Below, piece by piece: positions 1 to 18,621 of a stretch of DNA of 64,000 nt. Position numbers and translations under genes: made by a program. How positions within the stretch are numbered: the first letter of the stretch is position 1; the number at the start of each line of letters is the position of its first letter. The notes under the pieces are model-generated. The model had not been told where the DNA came from, made no database searches, and worked only from the letters and a program-made list of their open reading frames with translations. This DNA is from the human T2T-CHM13v2.0 reference genome, Homo sapiens, in assembly GCF_009914755.1 (NCBI RefSeq), contig NC_060948.1; one strand, given 5' to 3'.

Positions 1-290
1 CCCTCTTGCAGCCCAGTTGAGCCCATTCTCTGCCCAAGCACCTTATAAACAGGCCATTAACCCTCCATCTCCATATGTTTCACGCCCTTATTTCATACAT
101 TATAGTATTTAATGTTCTTTTACTGATTTTTCGCAGGGTGGAAAATGTCAAGGAAAGGAACTGAGTTTGACAGTTTTAAATTCATACATTCTGCTGTCAA
201 CATTACTTTGAAACAATTATTTAATGCAGTGCATCGGTTTCATTTAACATAAACCTATGTAGATGAAATATTTTGATAGTCACATTTTAA

Positions 291-2097
<1,807 letters not shown>

Positions 2098-2654
2098 TGA
2101 GGCTTAGGAATTCTTATAGTTGACTGACATTTACAATTTATTAAGGAACTTACTTTTTAAGTGTATAATCCTCAAAACATCTTTAAAAAAATGGTGATTT
2201 TTTTGTTATCCAAGTTACTTTGACATCAGCCATTTGCTGACCCACCACATAATTTCTCATTATGTTACCTTATTACTGGCTGAGTTAATATGCTTACTAG
2301 GGACCTGTATATGACTTTTCCAATTAAAAGTAAGTTAAGTCTGGGCGCAATCGCTCACGCCTGTAATCTCAGCACTTTGGGAGGCTGAGGTGGGAGGATC
2401 ACTTGAGCCCAGGAATTTGAGACCATCCTGGGCAACAAAGAGATCTCAAAAACAAAATTAGCCAAACATGGTGTTGCATGCCTGTAGCATCAGCTGCTTG
2501 GGAGGCTGAGGCGGGCTGATGGGTTGAGCCCAGCAGTTTATGCTGCAGTAAGCTGAGATTGCATCACTGTGCTCTAGCCTGTGGGACAGAGTAAGACCTG
2601 TCTCTAAAAAAATTAATTAATTAATTAATTAAAAATAAATAAATAAAAGTAAGT

Positions 2655-2790
2655 CCAAATGGAGATGGTTGGTGGTGTTGGTGGGAATGGATGACATTAT
2701 GAATGTATTTAACACCACTAATCTGTACACTTAAAAATTGTTAAGATGGTAAATTTTATGTTGTGCATAGCTTACCATAATTAACAAATA
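2655..2790 (+). mobile_element. L1MB 3' end fragment
   Basis: tgaatgtatttaacaccacta...tgtacacttaaaaattgttaagatggtaaattttatgttgtg. Confidence 0.7.
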
Positions 2791-3794
2791 ATAGATTTAA
2801 AACAAACAAAGTAAGTATATTCAGTGCCAGGTGTAGTGGCTCACACTTGCAATCTTAGCACTTTGGGGCATTGAGGTGGGAGGATTGCCTAAAGCCAGGA
2901 GTTCAAGACCAGCCTGGGCAACAGAGTGAGACCCCATCTTAAAAAAAAAACAAAAACCAAAAGAAGAAAACATTCACTTTCTTTCTGGATCATAAGTAGA
3001 GACCCAGACCTGCCTATGTGTCTTCAATGGACATCTTAAGACTTATGTTTTGGACATATCAGACTTTTGGAATAAAGGAGCTGAGTTGGGAGTGCAAACT
3101 CCTCTTCTTGTCCATTGCTCTGTGGCAGGAGATTTTGCTCTCAGCCCCCACTTACTGGTGTGAGATCCTTGATTCTGGAAGGTGAGCTGTGCTGTTCAGC
3201 CCACAGGTCCTCATGAATGTCTATATTCAGTGCCACGCAGAATAAGAAGAAACACACACCAGCTCTGTTTCTATGAAGCTTACTTTTTGTTGTTGTTGTT
3301 GAGAGGGGGTCTTGCTCTGTCTCCCAGGCTGGAGTGCAGTGGTGCAGTCATGGCACTTATTGCAGCCTCTACCTCCTGGGCTCAAGAGATCCTCCCTGCT
3401 CAGCCTCCTGCGTAACTGGGACCACAGATGTGCACCACCATGCCCAGCTAATTTTTAAATTTTTTGTAGAGACAGGGTTTCGCCATGTTGCCTGGGCTGG
3501 TCTTGAATGCCTGGGCTCCGGTGATCCACCTGCCTTGGCCTCCCAAAGTGCTAGGATTACAGACATGTGCCACCGAGCCTGGTTTTGCTTACTTTTTCTT
3601 TTTTTTTTTAAGTTCCTCTTAGCCTATCTTGGGGAGGTGGGTCAGTGTTATTCAGATGTACATACAACACAATCACCCACACTGGGAGAAGTCCTTGCTA
3701 AATGGATAGGGCTGGGTAACCACTGCCACATGGGACATTTGGGAAGCCGATGTTTGAATGTTTTCACGCTTACAGATGCATTCATTTACTACGT

Positions 3795-3925
3795 TTATTA
3801 TTCTGTGTGATATGCTTTCTGTGTGTTATTTCACTTAAACCCAGTGGGGGTAAATATTGTGATCCCTATTTGGTAGATGAATTTTAGAGAGGTTAGAGGG
3901 CTTGTCACAGTCACACAGCTTTTAA
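3795..3925 (-). mobile_element. MIR fragment
   Basis: tatttcacttaa...atccctatttggtagatga...agagaggtta...cttgtcacagtcacacagct. Confidence 0.55.
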
Positions 3926-3974
3926 TCTTGATGGGATGACACCTCTAGAATGAGGCTTAATAGTGAGATGGCTG

Positions 3975-4175
3975 CGGAAGGAAAAAAGTAGGAAGGAGAG
4001 CAAGAGAGAAGGAAGGAAGGAAGAAAGTAGGGAGAAAGGAAGGAAAGGAGAGGGAAGGAAGGGAAAAAGTAGGAAGGAAAGAAAAGGAAGGAAAGAAGCA
4101 GACAGGAAGGATGGAAAGAAGGAATGAGAGGAAAGTAGGAAGGAAACCGATGAAAGGAGGGAAGGGCGAAGGAAC
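3975..4175. repeat. GGAA-rich polypurine tract
   Basis: ggaaggaaaaaagtaggaaggag... repeated. Confidence 0.85.
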
Positions 4176-4964
4176 AGGTCCCCTGTTCAGGTGAGTTTAT
4201 TCCCAGGAAGGACCCAAGATGAAAAGTGTGTAAGAATTGTTTTAGGACAGGCATTGTGGCTCATGCCTGTCATCCCAGCACTTTGAGAGGCTGAGGCACG
4301 AGGATTGCTTGAGGCCAGGGGTTGAAGACTGCCCTGGGCAACACAGCAAGACCCTGTCGCTATAAAAAATAAATAAAATTAGCTGAGTGTGGTGGCTTGT
4401 ACCTGTAGTCCCAGCTACTCAGGAGACTGACACAAGAGGTTTAGGGAAAATGAAAAACAGAACAAAAAACAGGCCGGGCATGGTGGCTCGTGCCTGTAAT
4501 CCCAGCATTTTGGGAGGCCAAGGAGGGTGGATCAGGAGGCCAGGAGTTCAAGACCAGCGTGGCCAAGATGGTGAAACCCCGTCTCTACTAAAAATACAAA
4601 AAAATTACCCAGATGCGGTGGTGGGCACCTGTAATCCCAGCTACTTGGGAGGGTAAGGGAGAAAATTGCTTCAGCTGGGGAGGCAGAAATTGCAGTGAGC
4701 CAAGATGGTGCCACTGCACTCCAGCCTGGGTGACAGAGTGACACTCTTGTCTCAAAAAAAAAAAAAAAAAAAAAAAATTAGCTGGCTGTGGTGGTGCATG
4801 CTTGTAATCCTAGCTACTTGGGAGTCTGAGGCCAGAGGATTGCTTGAACCCAGGAAGTGGCGGTTGCAGTGAGCTGTGATTGTGCCACTATACTCCAGTC
4901 TGAGCCAAAGAGAGGACTCCATCTCACATAATAAAAATAAAAATAAATAAATAAAAACAGAAAC

Positions 4965-5165
4965 GAGAACACAGACACACACAGAGGATGGCCTGGTGAG
5001 GACACAGGAAGATGGCATCTCCAAGCCATGAGAGAGGTCTCAGGGGGAACCAGCCCTGCCCACACCTTGATGTCTGACTTCCATCCTCCAGGCCTGTGGG
5101 AGAAGAAAGTTCTCTTTAAGTCCCCTCGTCTGTGTGGTGTTATTATGGTAGTCTGAGCAAAATAC
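4965..5165 (+). mobile_element. MLT1 (MLT1B-like) LTR 3' half
   Basis: gaggacacaggaagatggcatctccaagcc...gaaccagccctgcccacaccttgat...gacttccatcctccag. Confidence 0.75.
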
Positions 5166-5483
5166 TTTATTTAGATAGAAGTCTGCCAGAATTAGGGCCC
5201 TGTAATGCTTTCCAGGATGAATTGAGGTCAGAGCATAGTTCGTAGGTTCTTTTTTACATTTACTATTAGCCACTAGATTTTTTTTTCAGTAGACTAGCAA
5301 ATACTGCAGAAGCTGAATTAGACGACAGCTTAAGTCAGATCTTTATGCACCTCAGAATATTTGTACTGATTAAAAGAAATAACCAACACTTGATAGGGGG
5401 AAAGATTGAGACACAGAAAGTAGTCTCTCCCTGTGACCAATCCTAACAAATTCTTGCTTAACTACCTTATTTTTTTTGGATGA

Positions 5484-5874
<391 letters not shown>

Positions 5875-6244
5875 TAAGCGTGAGCCACCCTGCCCAGCCT
5901 AGTTTACAATTTGAACTTGGTTTTTCATCTCGGCTCCTTTGAAGACTTCTGTCTTCTCCCATGTTTGGGGCAGCTGTGTGTTGTGGACATTCCTTAGTGA
6001 TCGGCCTGGGAAGGCTCAGACATGTCTAGGCTGCCTTTGTAGGAATAGGGATTAGTAGCTCCTTAGCCCCACTCTTTCCTGGGATGTTGCTGTTTGCTGA
6101 GGTCTGCACAGTTCAGACCACCCTGGAAGCCTCTCTCAGGTTCTCAGAGATGGTGGAGTTATACCTTTGACCGTGAGCTCGCAGCATTGCTAGGGAATGT
6201 ACTTGGCTAAATTTGGAACTATTTGGTTGAATTTGTACCCCTTG

Positions 6245-6885
6245 GGCATATTTGCTTTGGTAACATACCACAGACTGGGTGCCTTAAAATAACAGAAGTT
6301 AATTGTTTCACAGTCCTGGAGACCACAACTCTGAAGTGCAGATGCAGCAGGGCTGTGCTCCCTCTGCGGGCTCTAGGGGAGGCTCCTTCCTGCCTCTCCC
6401 AGCTCCTGGGGGCTCCAGGCGTCCCTGAGCTTGTGGCCGCATCACTGCGGTCTCTGCCTCCGTCTCCACGTGGCCTTCTCCTCTGTGCCTGTGTCTTCTC
6501 TTCTTCTCTTACAGGAACACCCGTCATTGTGTTTAGGGTCCACTCCAATTTTGGATGACCTCACCTTGAGATCTTTAACTTAATTACATCTGCAAAGACC
6601 CTTTTCCCAAATGAGGTCTCATTTACAGGTTCTGTGGGTCAGGACATGGACATATCTTTCTGGGAGACCATAGTTCAGTCCACTACAGTTGTATCCAGTT
6701 GTTTCTGGAGGCTCCAGGGGAAGCTCCTTCCTGCCTCTCCCAGCTCCTGGGGGCTCCAAGTGTCCCTGGGCTTGTGGCCGCATCACTCTACTCTCTGTGT
6801 CTTTCTCCAGGTGGCCTTCTCCTCTGTGTCTGTGTCTCCTTATTAGTTTCACCACTCATATTGGACTGCCTCCAGGATGACCTTA

Positions 6886-6929
<44 letters not shown>

Positions 6930-7156
6930 TTTTTAAATTTCATTTTTTTAAAAAGTGGAGACGGGGTCTTGCTGTCTTTCCCAGACTGGTCTCGAATGCC
7001 TGTGCTGGGATTACAGGGGTGAGCCACTGTGCCCAGCCTTTGTGTATATCTTAATCACATCTGCAAAGACCCTGTTTGCAACTAAGGTCCCATTCACAGG
7101 TACCAAGGATTAGGATGTCAACGTATCTTTTCCAGGGCACCCCATTCAACGCACAC
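6245..7156 (-). mobile_element. Two tandem MLT1C/D-derived (STIR-like) units; the second is split by (TA)n plus an Alu monomer at 6889-7038
   Basis: taacataccacagactgggtgccttaaa...acatctgcaaagacc...aggtc. The block ctccttcctgcctctcccagctcctgggggctcca...cttgtggccgcatcact occurs at about 6384 and 6724. Confidence 0.8.
6889..6920. repeat. (TA)n microsatellite followed by a T-run
   Basis: About 16 TA units. Confidence 0.9.
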
Positions 7157-9709
7157 AAAGTAGGGAGAGGGGAGATTGGCTGTGTTTAGGTGACCTGTGA
7201 AAGGCCGAGCTAGCTGTGCGGTGTTGCTCTTGCAGCACAGAGGAAGAACTGGGCTCAGATGGTGTCAGCTGTTGGTGTCTGAGATCATCCGTGAATCTAC
7301 TCCCGGGAATGTGCTGCAGTGAGACACGGTCCTTCTCCCGTCACCTTCCTCACCCCATCCCATATACCCATGGACCCCAAGGGAAAGTACTCAGGGTTGG
7401 TTGGTTTCTTTTCCGTTTTGTGACCGCGTGAAATTCCATGTCACGGTCCCTGTGTTTATTCCATACAGATCTCCTAAAGTGTTTTGAGTTCTAGCAAAAT
7501 TTAAAAATATAACCAAAGAAACTTAAATCCTTGTTTCTCCTCTTTCTGGACACTTCTTTAGTATGAATGGCCTGCTGTCTTCCCTCTGTTTCTGCTGGCC
7601 GCCACGTTCCTTCCCTCCAAAGTCACAGGCAAGAGGGATTTAGGGTTTGCTGGGCTTGAGGAAGAGAGGAAAAGCCCATCTCTTTTCACAGTGAGAAACA
7701 TGTTTTTTGCGCTTTCTCATACCCCACTTTGTACATTTTAAAATTTAATTTTTCTTTAGATTTCTGAACCGAGAGATTTTATTTATGTATTTATTTATTT
7801 ATTTATTTATGAGACAAAATCTCCTTCTGTTGCCCAGGCTGCAGTGCAATGGTGCAGTCTCAGCTCTGCCACCTCCGCCTGCCAGGTTCAAGAGATTCTC
7901 ATGCCTCAGACTCTGGAGTAGCTGGGATTACAGGTACCTGCCACCACGCCTGGCTAATTATTTTTGTATTTTTACTACAGACGCGGTCTCACTAAAATTA
8001 AAAGAAAAGACATAAACTGCACATCAGATTTCCCTCGTGCGTAACACTACTACTTAGCTTGGAGAGAGATGGAGGGGATCTCTAGGGTGGGGAATGGACC
8101 ACTTACCTTCAAGATCTCTCTTTATCAGGAAGGAAATATCTGACCTGCCTAGAAACACTTGAAAATACTCTTTTTTTATGTCTTATTGGGCAAAGCTGGG
8201 TCAGATGGCCACCCTTAGCTGCAGAGAAGGCTACAAATAGGCATTTTCTACTCAAGTGGGATAATGGTTATCTGGCAAATGTGTACTGGAGAGCCTCAGG
8301 AAAATCTACCAGCACCATTAAATGTTGCCTTTGTCTTCTGTGCACTTAAGCTGATAAACTTTAAACATTACAGCATGCCACTTCTGTCTGCTTTGAATAA
8401 GGTTGTTTACCGACATACTTCTGCAATCTGATTGTGGCATTGGTGGGACTGGCCACATCTACCCCAGGGTAGCACAAAGATCTGCTGCAGTGCATAAATA
8501 ACGTGTTTTGAGTTTTGTGTGTTTATAACTCACACAGCTCAGAGAAGGCTTTAGTCACAGAAGTGTAAAAAATCTGTGGAGTCATAGCTGTTGTTCTTAA
8601 AGTAGGCATGGAGAATTATCTCCATTGAGGGTCAAATACAAGTGCTAAGAAGACAGAATGTTATGCGGTAAACACAGCCAAGTAATAAATGGTTTTCTTG
8701 GAGTGGGTGATAGAGAAAGATAAATAAGGAGGAAGGAAGCAGACAGAGGAAGAAAAGTCAAGGACCATATTTATTGCATTATTAGAATTTTAGGGTGTGG
8801 CAAGAATTTAATGTTTCCTAATAATATGCAAGTTCTGTTGGAAAGAAGAGCAACAGGAGACTAAAAGGCTGCTCTGTTGCCCATTTCATAGGTCCAATGG
8901 CAGGATAAGCTTGGGTTGGATGCCAGTGTTCCTGATTCCTAATTGTGTTTTATCCGGTTGAAACATCAGTGGCTGTAGTTAAAAACACCTAAATTTTATT
9001 AATTCACAGTCCTGAAAGCCCTTCTTCCACTTCCTGTCTTTGACCTGATTACACCTAATTTTGTCCACAGGATGTTACACTGTTAGTAATAAAACCTATT
9101 TTATTTCCAAATTAACCAAGAGAATATACTTTAAAAATTTACTATTTTCATTATTTGTTTACTTTTTTTAAAAAATTGAACACTTGTCAGCTATTGACAT
9201 TGTTTACTTCTTACACTTTCTCTTTATTTTGGAGTTTACTTTCTATTTCTGCCATAATAAAATATTCGTTATTGGAAACTTTACTTAAAAAGCAAAGGTT
9301 GCTTCTCCGCCTTTCCCAGTTGCCCTATAAGCTAGTAAATTCATCATTCATTAGCTTATATATTTTACAACACGGGGATTTTAGTTTACAGCAAATACTT
9401 TAAAAAATTCTTTTCATGTTACAATGTGCAATCAATGGCATTCCAGACTCTTGGAAGGAAATCCATTGTATGGTTGTGTTCTTTTTTTTCTTCTCAAACC
9501 AATAAAAAATTCCCAGTCACAATTTTAAAAATTATCTGTCCTTGGTGGTGCACAGCCCATAGTCCCAAATGCTTGGGCTGACGTGGGAGGATTGCTTGAG
9601 CCTGGTAGGTCAAGGCTGCAGTGAGCTATGATTGCACCACTGCACTCCAGCCTGGGCAACAGAGAGAGACCCTGTCTCAAAAAAATAGACGAAACAACAT
9701 AACGTGATC

Positions 9710-10590
9710 CACCCTCTAAGCAAATTTTCATGTATACAATTTCACTATTGTATATGTGAGATTTTTATATATGAAATTTCACATGTCAATTCAGTATTGT
9801 TAACTGTAGGAACTGGGTGTATGGTCAATCTCCGTGGTTTATGTATGTTGCTCATCCTTTAATCAATATATTTCCCCTTCCCTATCAAGGCCTATCTTCT
9901 GATAACTGTCTCTCTACTCTCTACTTCTATGAGTTTGACTATTTTAGATTCTGCGTTAGTCCATTCTCATGCTGCTAATAAAGACATACCTGAGACTGGT
10001 TAATTTATAAAGGAAAGAGGTTTAATGGACTCACAGTTCCACATGGCTGCAGAGGTTCTGACAGTCATGGCAGAAGGTAAAAGGAGGAGCAAAGTCACGT
10101 CTTACATGGCAGCAGGCAAGAAGAGAGCGTGAGCAGGGAAACTCCCATTTATTAAAACATCTGATCTCGTGAGACTTATTCACTATCAGGAGGACAACAT
10201 GGGAAAACCCACCCCCATGATTCAGTTACCTCCCACCTGGTCTCTCCCACAACACGTGGGGATTATGGGAGCCACACTTTAAGATTAGACTTGGGTGGGG
10301 ACACAGCCAAGCCATGTCAGATTCCTTGTATAAGTGAGATCATGCAATATTTAATATTTGTTTTTCTGTGCCTATCTTATTTCACTGAACATAATGGCCT
10401 CCAGTTCCATCCATGTTGCTGCAAATGCCAGAGTTTCCTTCTTTTTTTAGGGCTGAATGGTATTCCATCGTATATATGTACCATGTTTTCTTTATCCATT
10501 TGCCCTTGGACGGACACTGAGGTTGTTTCCACGTCTTGGCTGTTGTGATTAGTGCTGCCATAAACATGGGAGTGCAGGTGTCTGGAAGAT
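9710..10590 (-). mobile_element. Old L1MA/L1MB 3' fragment, split by the THE1 LTR
   Basis: ctctacttctatgagtttgactattttagatt...taagtgagatcatgcaatattt...ccagttccatccatgttgctgcaaatg. ORF 10382..10567 (KTWKQPQCPS...WIKKTWYIYTMEY) is L1 ORF2-like. Confidence 0.8.
9952..10319 (-). mobile_element. THE1-type (MaLR) solo LTR inserted in an older L1
   Basis: tg...ttagtccattctcatgctgctaataaagacatacctgagactgg...ttgggtggggacacagccaagccatgtca. 5-bp TSD GATTC at 9947-9951 and 10320-10324. Confidence 0.9.
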
Positions 10591-11294
10591 CCTAGTTCTC
10601 TTGGGTTTTGCAATCTAGCATAAAGCAGGCACAGGAGTATCAGCCAATGAATGGATAGGTAAATGGATCAATATTGATTAGTGAGTTTGCTCGTCAACAG
10701 ATGTTGGTTCCTCAGAAGGATAAACTTCCAAACCATCCTTTCTCTGAAAGTCAGTTTCTGAGAAGCCTCCTCTGCTGTTTGGGGTGGGTGTGATCACATA
10801 ATACGGGAGGGCAGTTTTGTTTTAGTTACTCATCTCTGTCTGCAGCTGTGAATGGGTTGTCTAAAAATATTGCTGAGAATTGACTTGCATGTCAGTAAGG
10901 GGCTGCTGACTCTGGGATCAAGGTAGATCAAAGACAATTTAGGGATACTCTAGAAATCCTGCATCAGTTGCAGTGGCTCATGCCTGTAGTCCCAGCACTT
11001 TGGGAGGCTGAAGCAGGAGGATCGCTTGAGCCTAGGAGTTCAAGCCTAGCCTGAGCAATGTAGTATAACCTCTTCTCTACAAAAAGTACAAAAATTAACC
11101 AGGTAGGCTGAGGCGGGAAGATTGCTTGAGCCCAGGAGGCAGAGGCTGCAGTGAGCTGTGATGGTGTCACTGTACTCCAGCTTGGGCGACAGAGTAAAGT
11201 CATTCATTCCAGTAACTGAAGAACATTTATGCTACGTGAAGAATATTTCAATATGCATGTGAACACATGCATACCTTATAGGATCAATGTGTTA

Positions 11295-11615
11295 CAGGAA
11301 GAGGAGGAGGATGAAGAGAAGAAGAGGAGGAGAAAGAAGGAGAAACAAGCAAAGCGTGTTTACATTGAAAAAGTGCTCCCAAGATACTATAGAGATTTTG
11401 ATTTTCTTTTATATCTCATTGACTGTTAGATTTCTTCATTTAGATGCACCCCAGTGGGAGGAAGAGGAGGGAGAAGAGGAGGAGATGGAGGAGGAGGAAG
11501 TGGAAAATAAAAGGAAATAGAGGAGGAGGAGGAGGTGAAAGAGAAGGAGGAGAAGATTGAGGAAGAGAAAAAAGAGAAGGCAGAGATGGAGGAGGAGGGG
11601 AAGGAAGAGAAGAAA
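11295..11615. repeat. GAG/GAA-rich low-complexity tracts
   Basis: gaagaggaggagga repeats at 11297-11345 and 11455-11615. Confidence 0.85.
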
Positions 11616-12259
11616 GTGTTTGGATTGAAAATGTCCCAGCAGAATACAGTAGAGCTGTTGGTTTTCTTTTGTATTTGTAGTGGTTGCAGTTGTCTTTCTT
11701 TCTGTTTGTGGGTACCTATAGCACTTCATCGCAATCCACGGCAGATTGTAGAATATGGACTCCATGCTTTGAGCAAGTTAGTGTGTCTTAAGAAGAGAGC
11801 AGTGTTGAGGAGGTCTGCCTGTTTTATACCCTGTCTGGATTACTGATAAAACCAGAGAGCCTGAAGAGAAAAAGACATGTTACATAAATACATTTACTGT
11901 TACTCTAATGCTTCTATATCTGGGCCTGTGGGGCATATGTGGGTGTGCTCTCTGCAAAGACTGATCTGCAGAAATTATGGCCAGTTTGTCCCCAAATTGA
12001 AGAAGCAGATGGCTCTCTCTGTCTCCTTCTCTCTCGCTCTTTCTCTCTCTGCAATTTCTGTATTCAGTGGAAAATTCCAGGTGATCGCCTCTCACTAAAT
12101 GCCATCAGCCCACGTTCACCATGACACAAAGTCTCTGAAAGTTTCACTTGGGGTCTGTGTTTGCTGTCCTGGTGCAGCCCCCCACTGATTGCATGGCTGC
12201 GGTGGTTTTTCCCTTTGTCAGGAGACTTAATGACCTCTGTCGATTTCTTCTCTCTCCAG

Positions 12260-12428
12260 GCACTGGGACGTTCGGGCGGGTGCACCTGGTGAAGGAGAAG
12301 ACAGCCAAGCATTTCTTCGCCCTCAAGGTGATGAGCATTCCCGACGTCATCCGCCGGAAGCAGGAGCAGCACGTGCACAATGAGAAGTCTGTCCTGAAGG
12401 AAGTCAGCCACCCGTTCCTCATCAGGCT
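12260..12428 (+). CDS. PRKY: PRKY exon 2 (169 bp): glycine-rich loop, ALK lysine, helix C
   Basis: Acceptor ttcttctctctccAG|G, donor CT|GTgagt. Translates (G)TGTFGRVHLVKEKTAKHFFALKVMSIPDVIRRKQEQHVHNEKSVLKEVSHPFLIR(L). Confidence 0.97.
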
Positions 12429-12937
12429 GTGAGTCCCCTCCTGAGGCCTCTCCCGACGCACTCTCCCTAGACCCCTGTGTGTCTCTTCTTATAAGAAGCT
12501 GGGTGGGCCGAGACCATGGCCTGCGTGCAAAGCCTTAGGCCACAGCAGTCTCCACCTGTCAGGTCTTATCAGCCTCTGATCTTAGAGCTGGAATACCTCC
12601 AGGGCTCCTGACCTCCATGGCTGACCAGGTCCAAAAAGAAATGCTCTGTGTTCAGAAGTCCGTGCCCAAGGCCCCTTGCTCCTCTCCTGGGTGAGCGAAG
12701 TATCTCTGCCCGGAAAAGGATGCAGGAATCTTTGTCTCCTCACCTCCTTGGGTTCTGCATCTATAGCTCTCGGCAGAACTGGTTAAGTTGGTTTTTAAGG
12801 GACCACAGTCACGTGGACGGGGCTGGGCTTCAGGTTTCGTTGGGTTTCTGGTTGACTGTGGATGAGAGATACCCCGTTTAGATGCAGCCCACACACTTCC
12901 AGCTGATGGTACACAGCAGTCTTATGTCCTAGGGTAA

Positions 12938-13290
12938 GTGTGTTAGTCCATTCAGGCTGCTATAACAAAGGATCTTAGACTCGGTAATTTACAAATGACA
13001 GACATTTGCCTCATGGTTCTGGAGGCTGGAAAGTCCAAGATCAAGACACGGTGGATTCAGTATCTGGCGAGGACCCGCTTCCTGGTTCATAGATGGCACC
13101 TTTTCACTGTGTCCTCACATGGTGGAAGGGGTGAGGGATCTCTCTGGGGTCCCTTTTATAAGGGCACTCGTCCCATTCATGAGACTCCACCCTCATGACC
13201 TCCCAAAGGACACACCACCTAACACCATCACCTGTGGGTGAGGATCCAACATAGGGATTTGGGAGGACACAAGAAATTCAGGCCATTCCA
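12938..13290 (-). mobile_element. MLT1A/MST-type LTR
   Basis: tgtgttagtccattcaggctgctataacaaa...ggttctggaggctggaaagtccaagatcaag...ttttataagggcact...gggaggacaca. Confidence 0.8.
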
Positions 13291-13970
13291 GCAGGGTAAT
13301 TCCATTTCCACCCAGGTGCCTTAGATGAGGATGTCCTTCGTGTCTCTCTTTTCCCTCTATGGGTGCCTTTTATCCAATTCCCATGTCCTCTCGCCACCAT
13401 CTTGCTACTACGCCTCTCTTGTCCACCTCCCATCTTCTGCTTTATCTAGGTCCCATCTCTCTACCGTGATTTTCTGCACTGTACTTCCTCCTATCTGGTC
13501 TTTCCCTCCCACCCTTGCTCCCCTTGAAGACATCCTTCACCTTATAGCCTCATTGATCCTCCCCAAGTACCTCTGCAATGACCAGTCTCTCTCCAGTCAT
13601 CCTCAGGAAGCTCCTGAAGTATCCCATATAAAGCCCCAGGATGCAGCATCTTCCTATCAATATCCTCACAGACTGGCTTCCTGCCAGCACCTCCCTGTAG
13701 TAGAAGGTAGAAGGTGCTGTTTACACGCTCACTACGGGTCTTCTCCTAGGCCACTCCTCCTTGACAGGCCTCCTTCTTTGCCTTTATCATTGTCCTTCAC
13801 TTCCCCCACCTGAGAAACACACACTTGTTTTCCCTCATTCACCTGTAGTCCCCAGGACACAGGATGCCTCCCATCATGTTCTTGAAGCACCTCGTATGTA
13901 TTGGAACAAGTGCACCTGCCTTTTCTAGACCCAACATGGCCTGAGTTCTGAACAAAATCATATGCAGAGG

Positions 13971-17998
<4,028 letters not shown>

Positions 17999-18402
17999 TC
18001 AGTACCCTGCAGTGTTACGATAACCCACTATAGCATTTTGTGTTTTCTGTGCATGAATGCTTGAGAGACCATGTGGCTTTAAGAAGTGGATTAAAGTTGA
18101 TCCAGGGCATCCAGGCACTTGATGTTCCCTATATATAACACAGGAGAGAATGCTTGATCTGGCTAGCTCCGTGGATAAAACGCTGAAGGGTGTCCAGTGT
18201 ATCCCCATGGATAAGATGCTGGAGGGTGTCCAATGTTGCATGCTGAGGAGTATGTCTTAGAGGAGAATCCTAGATCCTCTGTGAGGAATTAATTTCATCC
18301 TCCCAGTTGTGCAGCTTCTCTTCTAAATGTAGGTTGCCTGGCTCAACATCTGCTTCCCTACTGGCAGTTTTAGGTCTTGGATTTCTTGATGAAAGTACAA
18401 AA

Positions 18403-18621
18403 CAAGGACTTTCAAAGGAAGTGTCTTACAGTTACGGCTGGATGAGTTTCTGTGGTGGGGACGCCCTGCACACTGTAGGGTGTTGGGGAGTGTCCCTGGG
18501 CTCTGCTCAGCCTATGCCAGGGGCAGCAACCCCAGTTATGAAAACTAGAAATGTCTCCAGACATCACCAAGTATTCCTTGGGGGGAGGAAGGGCAAAGTT
18601 ATCTCCACTAGTGAACCACTG
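18403..18621 (-). mobile_element. MER20 (hAT-Charlie) copy 1
   Basis: tctgtggtgggga...ctgcacactgtagggtgttg...aaatgtctccagacatcaccaa...gaaccactg. Confidence 0.75.

Larger units (their letters stand above)
7777..11205. mobile_element. Scattered partial Alus: 7777-7990 (-), 9530-9685 (+), 10965-11205 (+, internally deleted)
   Basis: Alu arm sequences. Boundaries approximate. Confidence 0.8.

Noticed and set aside
11229-11846. Glu/Lys-rich ORFs suggesting a processed pseudogene of an acidic protein
   Set aside because: Explained by GAG/GAA low complexity. No recognisable protein, poly(A) tail or TSD.
12148-12432. 94-aa ORF as a standalone gene
   Set aside because: The first 37 codons are intron 1 read-through. 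Only 12260-12428 is exon, and the stop lies in the donor site.
13325-13813. 162-aa Ser/Pro/Leu-rich ORF
   Set aside because: Pyrimidine-rich, stop-poor intron sequence with no recognisable domain. A BLASTP or PhyloCSF signal would be needed to keep it.
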